Shown: piece by piece, positions 11,201-20,959 of the stretch
How positions within the stretch are numbered: the first letter of the stretch is position 1
How the letters are laid out: every line of letters starts with the position of its first letter
DNA from: Verrucomicrobiales bacterium
GTDB taxonomy: Bacteria; Verrucomicrobiota; Verrucomicrobiia; Limisphaerales; UBA1100
Assembly (NCBI GenBank): GCA_038139415.1
Contig: JAYOSV010000019.1
Span: forward strand, 1,467-65,466
Direction of reading: 5' to 3'
DNA: 64,000 nt
Notes under the pieces: generated by a model
Databases searched by the model: none
Told to the model about the DNA's origin: nothing
Seen by the model: the letters and a program-made list of their open reading frames with translations, nothing else
Program-made: the position numbers and the translations under genes

Positions 11201-12061
11201 GAAAACGGTGTGTTGGACATTGTGGAATATCACCGGGATGCACTCACCGGAGAATTAGTTCCCGAACGGGGCCGTTCCTGTACCACGCGAGCCATGCCGT
11301 TTATTGGATTACGTAATAAAACATTCAACATTTTTGGAGAAAGAAGCCTGAGCCAGATATATGGAGAGTGCTTGAAGGACGGTTCTATTGTGGAAGCCAA
11401 CATCCTTTCACACGGCGTTTTCCTGAACAAATCCAAGGGGATGATATGGCGCCCGCTGCCCATTCAGGCACAGTTGGCGCCCGTTTTTGGAATCAATGTT
11501 GCGGATTTTGATGGAGACGGAATCGAGGATTTGTTTTTAGCACAAAACTTTTTTGCGCAACAACGAGAGACTCCACGGAGCGACGGGGGTCGTGGTCTGC
11601 TGTTAAAGGGAGAAGGAACCGGCGAATTTAATCCCATGGCCGGAGCTCAATCAGGGATTTTTATTTACGGAGAACAAAGAGGTTCCGCGATTGCTGATTA
11701 CAATCAGGACGGGAAAATAGATTTGGTGGTAACACAAAATGGCTCTCTCACCCATTTGTATCGCAACCAAAAAGCCAAGCCCGGTTTGCGGGTGAAGGTC
11801 AATGCCGGCCCGGCCAATCCGACTGGCGTGGGGGCGCAGTTGCGGTTGGTGTTTACTGATGGCACCAAGGGTGCCGTACGACCCATCACCGCCGGCTCCG
11901 GCTATTGGTCGCAAGATTCGGCTACTCAAGTCCTCGGCTACAAGAAGCCTGTTCAACACCTTGAGGTCCGCTGGCCCGATGGCCAGATCACCCAAGAGTC
12001 AGTGGAAAAAGAGGCTAAGGAAATCACGGTTGAGCGGAATTCAAAAACGGCCGCCCGTTAA
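8282..12061 (+). CDS. FG-GAP/VCBS repeat protein with two ASPIC/UnbV domains (CRTAC1-like)
   Basis: Many DxDGDGDLD Ca-binding repeats; GGYASGS...FGTG and GSGYWSQDS...LG...VRWPDG ASPIC/UnbV motifs. Confidence 0.88.
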   Translation: MCMRIDGFVILHLRLLGVIGCMVWWHASAVAEVKVSPLVVPKQGKTGYQLLSVKETGLYPKGKYVGIKNEFVRDTGNSGLAAGDINGDGLVDLFVCGMEKANALYLNRGNWKFEDITENAGVACRGWRLSGALFSDTDADGDLDLILTSLRDGRDFLFINDGHGKFSENLETQWVFSPRGGSVGAATADVDGDGDIDIYMSRFLKMFPKAEVGPEALRRIEAAGAQARREGKPMPKDWLKYYSWRKKFITAEREGLQMEQHHLPDVLYLNDGNGEFRPVTDQENRFRDFMGRPIPMPRDPSHEAAFRDVDGDGDPDLYVCSDFNWEDRFYLNDGQGRFTEVPPLSLRRTSQFSMGLDFSDINRDGHLDFLTVDMLSRSHKRRKTQMGMMQVTETVIGLYRDRPQIMQNTLQLNRGDGTWAEIAQFAGVKASEWSWGVSFTDVDLDGYEDLIVATGMIRDFMDSDTSIQIEESGQGNTREGLMIANSLYPDLPTRNVVYRNKGDLTFEYVSEDWGIDTEEISGGLAHADFDGDGDLDLIFNNIGPLEIYRNETVAPRIAVRLIGAGKNTQAIGCKVRLIGGPGGDIPLEQEIHSAGGYASGSDPLAVFGTGKITEGLKLEIIWRHRSRLTRQVIDDVKPNHLYKVVQQNSTAAPYVPELEEPVESLFVDDQEKLAIEHPDDSNVRVMVGHGDSPFDDFKYQSLLPNRLSQLGPGVAWADLDEDGYEDLIIGAGREMSQLVYYGRPNGEFLFQKGPRADLDQTGVLAWVPKAGKKPQILTGYSNYEQPDEQFMQPPLARIYNPAQQMSVVSTLSGQQSTIGPMAMADVDGDGDLDLFVGGRTVPQRYPEPADSLLYINQDGRLVLNEEQSKSLKKLGLVSGAVFGDLDLDGDPDLVLAREWGSIMVLQNDSGKLVDATEAYGLAPYQGWWNSVGLGDLDGDGRLDIVAGNWGNNSKYEGAYTFQEALRISYGDFDENGVLDIVEYHRDALTGELVPERGRSCTTRAMPFIGLRNKTFNIFGERSLSQIYGECLKDGSIVEANILSHGVFLNKSKGMIWRPLPIQAQLAPVFGINVADFDGDGIEDLFLAQNFFAQQRETPRSDGGRGLLLKGEGTGEFNPMAGAQSGIFIYGEQRGSAIADYNQDGKIDLVVTQNGSLTHLYRNQKAKPGLRVKVNAGPANPTGVGAQLRLVFTDGTKGAVRPITAGSGYWSQDSATQVLGYKKPVQHLEVRWPDGQITQESVEKEAKEITVERNSKTAAR

Positions 12062-12062
12062 A

Positions 12063-14882
12063 CTAATTCAAGAACCGAAAGTCCAAGCTGGCGACTAGAC
12101 TGTGGAGGACTTGGGTCCAGGCGGTGGTGGGGTCTTTTTCCGACTGCACGAAATTCAAGATGACGTCGTGTTCGGTTGAAGTCGGGCGGCGGCCGAGAGT
12201 GCGTTGGTAAGCTTGGGCGATGAGGGCAGAGTCATCGGACAGGTCGTCCTGCAACAAGCGCGCGGCGGCAGCAGCGGCTTGTTGGCGAACGAAGGGGTTG
12301 TTCATCAAGAACAATGCCTGCGTGGGCACGCTGCTGGTGGTGCGTTCGCCAACAACGAGGTTGGGGTCGGCAAAGTCGAACACGGCCAAAATCTCCAGGG
12401 GCGTGTTGCGGAAGACGGGTGTGTACAGGCTGCGGCGTGTGTCATCAAACTTGTAGCCATACTCGATACTGGTGCCGGCCTTGATGGTTGGTCCGCCCAC
12501 AGTTTTGTCGAGCTGACCGCTTACTGAGAGGATCGCATCTCGGATGGACTCGGCCTGCAGTCTTCGCCGATTCTGCCGCCAGTGCAGTTCGTTTTCCAAA
12601 TCCACTTTGGCCTGCGCGCCGGTGGCGGTACTAAGTTGATAGGTGCGCGAGAGGACGATTTCGCGGATGAGTTTTTTCATCGACCAACCTTCTTCCACGA
12701 ATCGCACGGCAAGGTGATCGAGAAGTGGTTGGTTGGTGGGCAGTCGGCCCATGTGGCCGAAGTTGTCCACGCTGGCCACGAGTCCTTTACCGAAGAGATG
12801 ATGCCACACGCGATTGGCAAATACGCGCGCGGTGAGCGGATGCTCGGGGCTGGCCATCCAGTTAGCCAACTCCAGTCGGCCGCTGGCTTTGGGGGCGATC
12901 TCCGGTAGATCGCCGCGGTTCAGCACTTGGATAAAGCGCCGCGGCGTCCTCGGGCCGGCGTTGTGGACGTTACCGCGGATGGCGATCTGGATGTCGCCGG
13001 GGTTGTCGCCTTCGTCGGCGGCGATGATTCGCGGTTGCTTCACGGCATTGGCCTCGAGCGATTTCAACTCCTTCTCCAGTTCCACGAGCCGCGCCTTGTC
13101 CGCGTTATCGGTTGGCACCGGTTTGTCAGGCTTGGCGATTGGCTTGGGGGTTGCGGGGTTGTTCTCTGGCAAAAACTGAACCGCGTCGGCAATGACATGG
13201 TTTTGAGTACCTTTGGTGGAAATCACCACGGCATCCCAATCGCCGGCGAGAAAATCGAAGGTACCCAATGAGATGAATTGGCCGTCGATCGGCGCGCGTT
13301 TGGTTTGATCGATGTACTTGGTCACTTCACCATCGGCGTGGCGGATGAGTACAGGCACTTTGCGGGCGCGATTGTTGCCGTGTGCGTATGAGACGCGGAC
13401 TTCGTATTTGGCGTCGCTTGGGAACGATACCCTGTAGGTGACGCTTTTTTCACCTTTGCCGACGGCACCATCGTGGATGTAATTTTTGCCCACGTAATCT
13501 TTGTTCGAGGTCGACTTAGTCCAGGCGCCCTTCAACTTCGCCTGCAGGTCATCCACCACAATGCCCGGCAGGCTGGCCACGGGAACCGGGGAGGCATCGG
13601 AGACGGATTTGCCCAGTTTCTTTTTCAGGGCCGCAATGGCCTTTTTCTTCTCGGCAATCAACGCTGCACTATTCTTGGCCTTGGCTTCCTGGGCGCCGTC
13701 CATCGGCAGCGGGCGTTCGTTCCATTTTGAAACATTACTGTGCACCACCACCTTGGTGCCCTTGAAGATGCCGGCCATGCCATAGTAATCCTCCGTGCGG
13801 ATTGGATCGAACTTGTGATCATGACAACGCGCGCAGCCGATGGTCAGCGCCATGAACGCCTTGCCCATCGTGTCCATCTGCTCGTCGATAATGTCCATCT
13901 CGAGGACGGTCTTGTCCTGCAGCTCGTAGTTCGTGGGGCCGAGCAGCAGAAACGCCGTGGCCGTGAGGCGTTCGCGCCGTTCGGCGATCGTTCCCTCGGG
14001 TAGGAGATCGCCGGCGATTTGTTCGCGAATAAAATCCGTGTACGACTTGTCGGCGTTGAAGGCATTCACCACATAGTCGCGATAACGCCAAGCCTCCTTC
14101 ATCAACAACGTCCGACCGCCGCCGGTGCTCTCGGAAAAGCGCACCACATCCAGCCAATGCCGTCCCCAACGCTCGCCGAAATGCGGGCTGGCTAGCAGCG
14201 CATCGACCGTTTGCTCAAGGGCAGACTGACGACCGGTGGCAGCCGCCTTCTGAAAGACCGCCATCTGCTCCGGCGTGGGCGGCAGACCGGTGAGGTCAAA
14301 ATACAAACGTCGCAGCAGTGTGAGATCATCCGCGTCCGGTCCCGGGCCGATGCCCTTGGCCTCCTGCGCGGCGAGCACATGGCGGTCGATGCCGTTGCGC
14401 GGCCAGGTCTTGTCCTTGAGTTGCGGCTCGGCCGGTTTGGTCACCGACTGAAAGGCCCAGAATCGGCGAGCGGCCTCGAGATTGAGTTGCTGATCCTTCG
14501 CCGTGGCCTCGGCACTCATCCGCGGATCAGGCGCGCCCATGGCCACCCATTTTTCGAAATCAGCCACCTGATCGGCGGTCAGGCGTTTCTTGGGTGGCAT
14601 CTCCAGCTCGGCATCGGAATAACGGATCGCCTGGATCAAAAGGCTCTTGCCCACTTGCCCGGGGATGATCGCCGCGCCGCTGTCGCCACCTTCCTGCCAG
14701 CCGCCTTTCCAATCCAGCCGCAGCCCACCCTTCACCTTCTCATCCTTGCTGTGGCACTGGTAACATTCGCTCACCAACACGGGTCGGATTTTTTTCTCAA
14801 AAAACTCCAGCCCCGCCGGATCGGCCGCCCAAGTGGCGGTTGCCGTCAGAAAAATAAATGCCACAAAACGCTGCATGTTCAA
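12063..14882 (-). CDS. Planctomycete cytochrome c / DUF1549 / DUF1553 (PSD1) protein with an inserted beta-sandwich module
   Basis: CYQCH and CARCHDHKFDPI heme motifs; GERWGRHWLD; HPLTARVFANRVW; PTQALFLMN. Confidence 0.9.
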   Translation of the reverse strand: MNMQRFVAFIFLTATATWAADPAGLEFFEKKIRPVLVSECYQCHSKDEKVKGGLRLDWKGGWQEGGDSGAAIIPGQVGKSLLIQAIRYSDAELEMPPKKRLTADQVADFEKWVAMGAPDPRMSAEATAKDQQLNLEAARRFWAFQSVTKPAEPQLKDKTWPRNGIDRHVLAAQEAKGIGPGPDADDLTLLRRLYFDLTGLPPTPEQMAVFQKAAATGRQSALEQTVDALLASPHFGERWGRHWLDVVRFSESTGGGRTLLMKEAWRYRDYVVNAFNADKSYTDFIREQIAGDLLPEGTIAERRERLTATAFLLLGPTNYELQDKTVLEMDIIDEQMDTMGKAFMALTIGCARCHDHKFDPIRTEDYYGMAGIFKGTKVVVHSNVSKWNERPLPMDGAQEAKAKNSAALIAEKKKAIAALKKKLGKSVSDASPVPVASLPGIVVDDLQAKLKGAWTKSTSNKDYVGKNYIHDGAVGKGEKSVTYRVSFPSDAKYEVRVSYAHGNNRARKVPVLIRHADGEVTKYIDQTKRAPIDGQFISLGTFDFLAGDWDAVVISTKGTQNHVIADAVQFLPENNPATPKPIAKPDKPVPTDNADKARLVELEKELKSLEANAVKQPRIIAADEGDNPGDIQIAIRGNVHNAGPRTPRRFIQVLNRGDLPEIAPKASGRLELANWMASPEHPLTARVFANRVWHHLFGKGLVASVDNFGHMGRLPTNQPLLDHLAVRFVEEGWSMKKLIREIVLSRTYQLSTATGAQAKVDLENELHWRQNRRRLQAESIRDAILSVSGQLDKTVGGPTIKAGTSIEYGYKFDDTRRSLYTPVFRNTPLEILAVFDFADPNLVVGERTTSSVPTQALFLMNNPFVRQQAAAAAARLLQDDLSDDSALIAQAYQRTLGRRPTSTEHDVILNFVQSEKDPTTAWTQVLHSLVASLDFRFLN

Positions 14883-14960
14883 AAAAGTATGGCAACCCCG
14901 CCAAAAAATGCGAGGCGGTTTTTGGCAGAAATTAGGTGGATCGGGAACTGCAGGATCGCT

Positions 14961-15569
14961 TTATTTCAGCTCCCGCGCGCGCAGGTTGCGGAACTTGACC
15001 GTGCCGCCTTTGCCGTGATGTTGGATGCCGAATCGGCCCTTGAGCGATTGCTTGTGCTCAACTTCGGCAATGAGTTTGCCGTTGAGAAAGGTGCGGATGC
15101 GCGGGCCCGTGGCTTCCACGCGGAAATGGTTCCAGGCTTCGGGCTTGAACAGGTTCTTGGTGGCCTTTTTGTACGCGGCGGTTTGCTCCGGGCCGTTGGG
15201 GAACAGCCAGCCGCCCATACCGATGCCGTACACGCCGGCGGGTTTGCCACGGTCGATCTCGCATTGGTAGCCCTTGGGCTTGCCCTCGTCGCCGATCAGG
15301 CGAAAGCCGAGGCCGGAATTGAAGCCCTTGTTTTCCTGCGGGATCATCACTTCGGTCTCCACCTCGAAATCGCCCATTTGCAGTTCGCTCACCACCCACA
15401 CATTGACTTGGGAAGACAAATGCAGCTCGCCGTCCACCGCCTTGAAGGTCTCCACCTTGGCGCGGGGCTCCCAGCCTTGGGTGCTCTTGCCGTCAAACAG
15501 CGGGGTCCATTTTTCCTTAGCCATCAGCGACAAGGAAACCGTCAATAAAATCAGTGCGGTACGAATCAT
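14961..15569 (-). CDS. DUF1080 protein
   Basis: WTPLFDGKS..GW, NSGLGFR, GYQCEI, WNHFRV, GIQHHG...VKFRNL. Confidence 0.85.
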   Translation of the reverse strand: MIRTALILLTVSLSLMAKEKWTPLFDGKSTQGWEPRAKVETFKAVDGELHLSSQVNVWVVSELQMGDFEVETEVMIPQENKGFNSGLGFRLIGDEGKPKGYQCEIDRGKPAGVYGIGMGGWLFPNGPEQTAAYKKATKNLFKPEAWNHFRVEATGPRIRTFLNGKLIAEVEHKQSLKGRFGIQHHGKGGTVKFRNLRARELK

Positions 15570-15652
15570 CGGCGGAGGGTAGGCGGTGTTGGCATTTTTT
15601 CAACTTCATAGTGCAAGAGGTCAATTCCACTGCTTTTATTGTGGATAACCGC

Positions 15653-15681
15653 TTGACTCCACGCGCAAACGTTTTTATCAT
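15653..15681 (+). promoter_or_regulatory. Sigma70-type promoter for the cys operon
   Basis: TTGACT (15653-15658), 17-bp spacer, TATCAT (15676-15681), 35 nt upstream of the cysI ATG. Confidence 0.6.
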
Positions 15682-15716
15682 TACAAACATAATCAATTTA
15701 CTAAACATTAAGCACC

Positions 15717-17387
15717 ATGTCTGAATCAGAGCCGAAATTGACGAAAAATGAGATCATCAAGGCGGAAAACCCGTCTTTGGCGGGGAATATTGGGGTGACG
15801 CTGAATGATCCGGAGGCGGAGATGTTCGATGCTGATGATCAGCAGTTCCTGAAGTTTCACGGGATTTATCAGCAAGATGACCGTGATGTGCGGAAGCAGG
15901 GCAAGAAGTACATGTTCATGATCCGCGGCCGCATTCCGGGCGGAGTGGTGTCGCCGGAGGTGTACCTGACCTACGATCGCTTGAGCGAGGAGTACGGCAA
16001 CCAGACCTTGCGGGTGACCACGCGGCAAAGTTTTCAATTTCACGGCGTGGTGAAGAGCGGCTTGGGGCAATTGATGAAGGGCATCAACGAGTCGTTGTCC
16101 GACACGCTGGCGGCGTGCGGGGATGTGAACCGCAACGTACTGGCGCCGCCCACACCCTCCACCACGCGTTTGACCGAGCAGGTTTACGAGGATGCCAAGC
16201 GCGTGAGTGATGCGCTCCTGCCGACGACCAAGGCCTATCATCAAATCTGGGTGGAAGGCCAACCGCTCAAGCTGGAGGACGATGATCATGAGGATCCGTT
16301 GTACGGCAAAACGTATCTGCCGCGGAAATTCAAGGTGGCGTTTGTGATCCCACCCTTGAACGACACGGATGTGTTAGCCAACTGCCTGGGCTTTGTGGCG
16401 ATCGAGGAGAACGGCGAGTTGATTGGTTACAACCTCACCGCCGGCGGCGGTATGGGCATGAGCCATAACAATGAGAAGACCTACCCGCGCGTGGCGGATG
16501 TGGTGGGATTCTTCAAACCGGAACATCTCATTGAAGTGTCCAAGGCGGTGCTGACGGTGCACCGCGATTTCGGCGACCGCACTGATCGCAAGCATGCGCG
16601 CCTGAAGTATGTGATCGCCGAGCAGGGCGTGGACTGGTTCCGCAAGGAAGTCAGCGAACGCGCCGGAGTGGCACTGGAAGATCCGCGGCCGTTTGAGTTT
16701 ACCCAACAGGGTGATGTGCACGGCTGGCATGAACAATACGATGGCAATCTTTTCCTAGGCCTGCATGTACTGGCTGGCCGGGTGAAAGACACCGAACAGG
16801 TGAAACTAAAGAGCGCGTTACGCCAGATTGTGACCGAGCACCGCACGGAAGTGCGCCTGACGGCTGCGCAAAACATCGTACTCGCCAATGTGGCGCCAGA
16901 CAAAAAGGACGCCATTGACGCCATCCTTAAAGAGCACGGAGTGGACACCACTGAGAAACAGGGCGTGAGCGAGGTGCAGTTGGGTTCCATGGCTTGTCCG
17001 GCATTGCCCACGTGCGGCTTATCGCTGGCGGAGAGCGAGCGTTATCTGCCCGACCTGCTGGGAACGGTGGAAAATTTGCTTGAGGACAATGGTCTTGGGG
17101 ACGAGCGAGTTATTCTGCGGATGACCGGTTGTCCGAATGGTTGTGCGCGGCCGTACATGGCCGAGCTGGGCTTTGTCGGTAAGCGGCCGAGCGTGTACGC
17201 CTTGTATCTCGGCGGTAACGAGGAGGGCACGCGCCTGTCGCGTTTGTACGATCAAAACGTAAAGGTCGACGAATTGCCCGAGAAACTCGGCGGTCTCTTT
17301 GCCCGCTTCAAGGCCGAGCGCGACAACAGCGAGCGCTTCGGGGATTTTTGTGCGCGCGTTGTGTGGCCCGAGCAGGATGCAGCCTAA
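15717..17387 (+). CDS. cysI: Assimilatory sulfite reductase hemoprotein (siroheme/4Fe-4S)
   Basis: LKFHGIYQQDDRD, TTRQSFQFHG, ACGDVNRN, YLPRKFK, CPALPTCGL, MTGCPNGCARP. Confidence 0.93.
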   Translation: MSESEPKLTKNEIIKAENPSLAGNIGVTLNDPEAEMFDADDQQFLKFHGIYQQDDRDVRKQGKKYMFMIRGRIPGGVVSPEVYLTYDRLSEEYGNQTLRVTTRQSFQFHGVVKSGLGQLMKGINESLSDTLAACGDVNRNVLAPPTPSTTRLTEQVYEDAKRVSDALLPTTKAYHQIWVEGQPLKLEDDDHEDPLYGKTYLPRKFKVAFVIPPLNDTDVLANCLGFVAIEENGELIGYNLTAGGGMGMSHNNEKTYPRVADVVGFFKPEHLIEVSKAVLTVHRDFGDRTDRKHARLKYVIAEQGVDWFRKEVSERAGVALEDPRPFEFTQQGDVHGWHEQYDGNLFLGLHVLAGRVKDTEQVKLKSALRQIVTEHRTEVRLTAAQNIVLANVAPDKKDAIDAILKEHGVDTTEKQGVSEVQLGSMACPALPTCGLSLAESERYLPDLLGTVENLLEDNGLGDERVILRMTGCPNGCARPYMAELGFVGKRPSVYALYLGGNEEGTRLSRLYDQNVKVDELPEKLGGLFARFKAERDNSERFGDFCARVVWPEQDAA

Positions 17388-17405
17388 CTTTAACGGAGGT
17401 TTTCA

Positions 17406-18080
17406 ATGACTGCAGACGAGATTGGACAGGCCAACGAGACGTTGCGTGAGAAGTCGCCGCTGGAGGTGATGGAGTGGGCGATTGGGCAAGCCGGACAGGG
17501 CGGCAGTGGCGCGATTGTGTCGACGAATTTTCGGCCGTATGAGGCGGTGATTTTGCATCTTGCCACGCAGGTGCAGCCGGATATCCGCGTACTGTGGGTG
17601 GATCACGGCTACAACCGCGAGGCGACTTATCAGCACGCGGAGGAATTGAAGGCGAAGCTGAACCTGAACATTCAGGCGTTTGTGCCAAAGTATACCACGG
17701 CGCATTACGACGCAGTGTACGGCGGCGTGCCGGAATTGACGGAGGAAAACGAGGAGGCAATCAAGGCGTTTAGCACGGCGATGAAGCTGGAGCCGTTTCA
17801 GCGTGGCATGCGCGATTTGGCCCCGACGGTGTGGCTTACGGCACTGCGTAAGGTTCAGAATCCGAATCGTGCGGAGCTGGATATTGTGAGTCCGGATAAT
17901 AATTTCAATTCGCTCAAGGTCAGCCCGGTGTTTCACTGGAGCGACGAGCAGATGGAGGCGTATTTGAAGGAACACGATTTGCCGAACGAGTGGGATTATT
18001 TTGATCCGGCCAAGGCGGATGAGAAGCGCGAGTGCGGGCTACACGCCGCTTGGGGAGGAAAGGCGGTGGAGACGAAATGA
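17406..18080 (+). CDS. cysH: PAPS reductase
   Basis: C-terminal KRECGLH; PP-loop-type N-terminus; lacks the 4Fe-4S cysteines of APS reductases; cys operon context. Confidence 0.85.
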   Translation: MTADEIGQANETLREKSPLEVMEWAIGQAGQGGSGAIVSTNFRPYEAVILHLATQVQPDIRVLWVDHGYNREATYQHAEELKAKLNLNIQAFVPKYTTAHYDAVYGGVPELTEENEEAIKAFSTAMKLEPFQRGMRDLAPTVWLTALRKVQNPNRAELDIVSPDNNFNSLKVSPVFHWSDEQMEAYLKEHDLPNEWDYFDPAKADEKRECGLHAAWGGKAVETK

Positions 18081-19015
18081 GCAGTTATCACTTGGATCAT
18101 TTGGCGTATCTCGAGACGGAAGCCATCCATGTGCTGCGCGAGGTGGCGGCGGAATTTGAGCGGCCGGCGGTTTTGTTTTCCGGCGGCAAAGATTCCATCT
18201 GCATCCTGCGTTTGGCCGAGAAAGCGTTCCGGCCTTCCGAGATTCCGATGCCGTTTCTTAACGTGGAAACGGGGCATGAATTTCCGGAGCTGATTGAATT
18301 TCGAGATCGGCGTGCGGAGGAGCTGGGCGCGAAGCTGATCGTGCGCACGGTCGATGAGGCGTTTGAGAAAGGGCTCGCGACACCGACGCCGGGGCAGGTG
18401 AGCCGGAACCAATTGCAGATTCCCGTATTGCTCGGGGCGATTGAGGAATTTCAATTCGACTGCTGCATCGGCGGCGCGCGGCGCGATGAGGAAAAGGCGC
18501 GGGCGAAGGAGCGGTTTTTTAGTTTCCGCGATGCGTTCGGCCAATGGGATCCGAAGAATCAGCGGCCGGAAATTTGGAATCTCTATAATGCCCGACTGAA
18601 TCCGGGCGAAAACATGCGCGTGTTTCCGCTCTCCAACTGGACCGAGACGGATGTGTGGGAGTACATCAAGAAAGAGGAGCTGGAGGTGCCGAACATTTAC
18701 TTCAGCCACGAGCGCGAATGCTTTCACCGTGCCGGCCAATGGTTGCCGGTGCCGCCCGCGCACGAGGCCAACGGTAAGGCGGATCCCTACGAAGGCGCCC
18801 GACCGAGTGATCAGGAGGAGCATCGCCGAATGATTTGCCGCGTGCGGACGATTGCGGACATGATTTCCACGGGCATGATTGAAAGCCCGGCTGAGAACAT
18901 CGATGACATCATCAGCGAGGTTGCCGCTGCACGCGTCACCGAGCGCGGCACCCGCACCGACGACAAAGCCAGCGAGGCGGCTATGGAGGACCGAAAGAAA
19001 GCGGGGTATTTTTAG
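18077..19015 (+). CDS. cysD: Sulfate adenylyltransferase subunit 2
   Basis: LFSGGKDS, GGARRDEEKARAKER, WDPKNQRPE, MEDRKKAGYF; ATG 18077 overlaps the cysH stop. Confidence 0.95.
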   Translation: MSSYHLDHLAYLETEAIHVLREVAAEFERPAVLFSGGKDSICILRLAEKAFRPSEIPMPFLNVETGHEFPELIEFRDRRAEELGAKLIVRTVDEAFEKGLATPTPGQVSRNQLQIPVLLGAIEEFQFDCCIGGARRDEEKARAKERFFSFRDAFGQWDPKNQRPEIWNLYNARLNPGENMRVFPLSNWTETDVWEYIKKEELEVPNIYFSHERECFHRAGQWLPVPPAHEANGKADPYEGARPSDQEEHRRMICRVRTIADMISTGMIESPAENIDDIISEVAAARVTERGTRTDDKASEAAMEDRKKAGYF

Positions 19016-19016
19016 G

Positions 19017-20333
19017 ATGAGCGACGCGCAACAAACCATCGAGCTGCTGCGGTTTAACACCTGTGGTTCGGTTGATGACGGCAAGAGCACGTTGATCGGG
19101 CGGTTGCTGTACGATTCCAAGTCCATCATGGAAGATCAGATGGAGGCGTTGGAGCGGTCGGCGGATATCACTGGTGGCGGTCAGGTGAATCTCGCAAATC
19201 TCACCGACGGTCTGCGTGCCGAGCGCGAGCAGGGCATCACCATTGATGTCGCCTATCGTTATGTGGCCACGCCGAAGCGAAAATTTATCGTGGCCGACAC
19301 GCCGGGCCATGTGGAGTACACGCGCAACATGGTTACTGGCGCAAGCACGGCAAACCTGTCCATCGTATTGGTCGACGCACGCAATGGCGTGATCGAGCAG
19401 ACGCGGCGGCACAGTTACATCTCCGCTTTACTGGGCATTCCACACATTGTGTTTGCGGTAAACAAAATGGATTTGGTCGATTGGAGCGAGGAACGTTTTC
19501 GAGAAATCCGCGAAGGCATCGAGGCGTTTTTGCCGAAGCTGAATCTGTTTAAGGACGTGAAGTTTATTCCCATCAGCGCGCTGGAAGGCGACAATGTGGT
19601 GACCTTTTCGGACAGGACACCGTGGTACGAGGGCCCTACGTTGCTCGGCCACATCGAGTCTGTACACATTGCCAGCGATTGGAATCTGAATGGCCTGCGT
19701 TTCCCCGTGCAATGGGTGAATCGCCCGAACAATCCGACCGATCCGGCGTTACACGATTTCCGTGGCCTGTCCGGCCAGATTGCTGGTGGCATTGTGAAAG
19801 TGGGTCAGGAAGTGCTCGTACTGCCGAGCGGCCAGAAAAGTCGCATCCAGGAAATCTGGACCTACGACGGTCCGCTTGAGGAAGCCTTTTGTCCGCAGTC
19901 CGTGACACTGCGTTTGGAGGACGATCTCGACATCAGCCGCGGCGATACCATCGTCGGTCTCGACCCCTTGCCCGGGCACAGTGCCGAGTTGGCCGGGCGC
20001 GTGTGTTGGATGAATCCGCGTCCTTTGACGGCCGGGAAAAAATATTTCCTCAAGCACGGTACACAAACCGTGCAGGCTATGGTGACCAGCCTCGAAAGCC
20101 GGATTGATTTCGAAACATTCGAACCGCAGGAAGCCTCCGAACTGGCTATGAACGACATCGGCGAAGTACGCATCCGCACGGCCAAGCCATTGACCTACGA
20201 CGGCTACACGGCCAACCGGTTGACTGGATCGTTTGTGCTGGTAGAACCGGGCACCAACGCCACCGTCGCCGCCGGCATGCTGCATTCGCCCGCCCAATCG
20301 TATAAGCCGGAATACACGGACTTTTCGATTTAA
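19017..20333 (+). CDS. cysN: Sulfate adenylyltransferase subunit 1 (GTPase)
   Basis: [39 protein letters not shown]; start at ATG 19017. Confidence 0.95.
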   Translation: MSDAQQTIELLRFNTCGSVDDGKSTLIGRLLYDSKSIMEDQMEALERSADITGGGQVNLANLTDGLRAEREQGITIDVAYRYVATPKRKFIVADTPGHVEYTRNMVTGASTANLSIVLVDARNGVIEQTRRHSYISALLGIPHIVFAVNKMDLVDWSEERFREIREGIEAFLPKLNLFKDVKFIPISALEGDNVVTFSDRTPWYEGPTLLGHIESVHIASDWNLNGLRFPVQWVNRPNNPTDPALHDFRGLSGQIAGGIVKVGQEVLVLPSGQKSRIQEIWTYDGPLEEAFCPQSVTLRLEDDLDISRGDTIVGLDPLPGHSAELAGRVCWMNPRPLTAGKKYFLKHGTQTVQAMVTSLESRIDFETFEPQEASELAMNDIGEVRIRTAKPLTYDGYTANRLTGSFVLVEPGTNATVAAGMLHSPAQSYKPEYTDFSI

Positions 20334-20908
20334 TGTCCGATCCGGTGTCCATCACCAGCCATGTGACGTCTGCCGATCGGGAACAACGCCATGGCCATCC
20401 CGGGCGCATAGTTTGGCTCACCGGCCTGAGTGGTGCCGGGAAAAGCACCCTCGCCATGGCGCTGGAGCAACGACTCTTTGATGCCGGCCGGAATGTCTAC
20501 GTACTCGATGGTGATATTGTGCGGGGCGGCTTGTGTTCGGATCTCGGCTTCTCGCCGGATGAACGGGCTGAAAACATCCGCCGCATTGGCGAAGTTGCCC
20601 GTATCATGGCAGATGCCGGGTTACTGGTGATTGTCGCGTTTATTTCCCCGTTCCGCGCCGATCGCGACCGGGTGCGCGCGGGCATGCCGGTCGGTCGGTT
20701 TACCGAAGTGCACGTGAGCACGCCGCTGGAGATCTGCGAACAACGCGACACCAAAGGCCTCTACGCTAAGGCTCGTGCAGGAGAACTCTCTGATTTCACC
20801 GGCATCTCCTCGCCCTACGAAGCGCCCGAATCCCCGGAAGTACGTCTGCCCACTGAGCAAATGAGCGTCAATGAATGCGTCGATAGCATTGTGGCTGTAT
20901 TGGCATAA
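20333..20908 (+). CDS. cysC: Adenylyl-sulfate kinase
   Basis: [35 protein letters not shown]. Confidence 0.95.
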   Translation: MSDPVSITSHVTSADREQRHGHPGRIVWLTGLSGAGKSTLAMALEQRLFDAGRNVYVLDGDIVRGGLCSDLGFSPDERAENIRRIGEVARIMADAGLLVIVAFISPFRADRDRVRAGMPVGRFTEVHVSTPLEICEQRDTKGLYAKARAGELSDFTGISSPYEAPESPEVRLPTEQMSVNECVDSIVAVLA

Positions 20909-20935
20909 AAAAACGGCGCGGAAAAACCGCGCCGT
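20907..20935. terminator. Hairpin terminator between convergent cysC and ahpC
   Basis: 9-bp stem acggcgcgg/ccgcgccgt (20913-20935) with an A-tract giving a U-tail on the minus strand. Confidence 0.75.
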
Positions 20936-20959
20936 GGTGATTCTGTTTTCGCTGAAGTG

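Noticed and set aside
14211-15548. Long alternative-frame ORFs (e.g. 14211-15548, 17996-19129, 51446-52498, 53527-54432)
   Set aside because: Antisense shadows of well-supported genes in GC-rich DNA with no family motifs.
15640-15648. Perfect DnaA box TGTGGATAA (possible oriC)
   Set aside because: Single box with no cluster and no dnaA/dnaN nearby.
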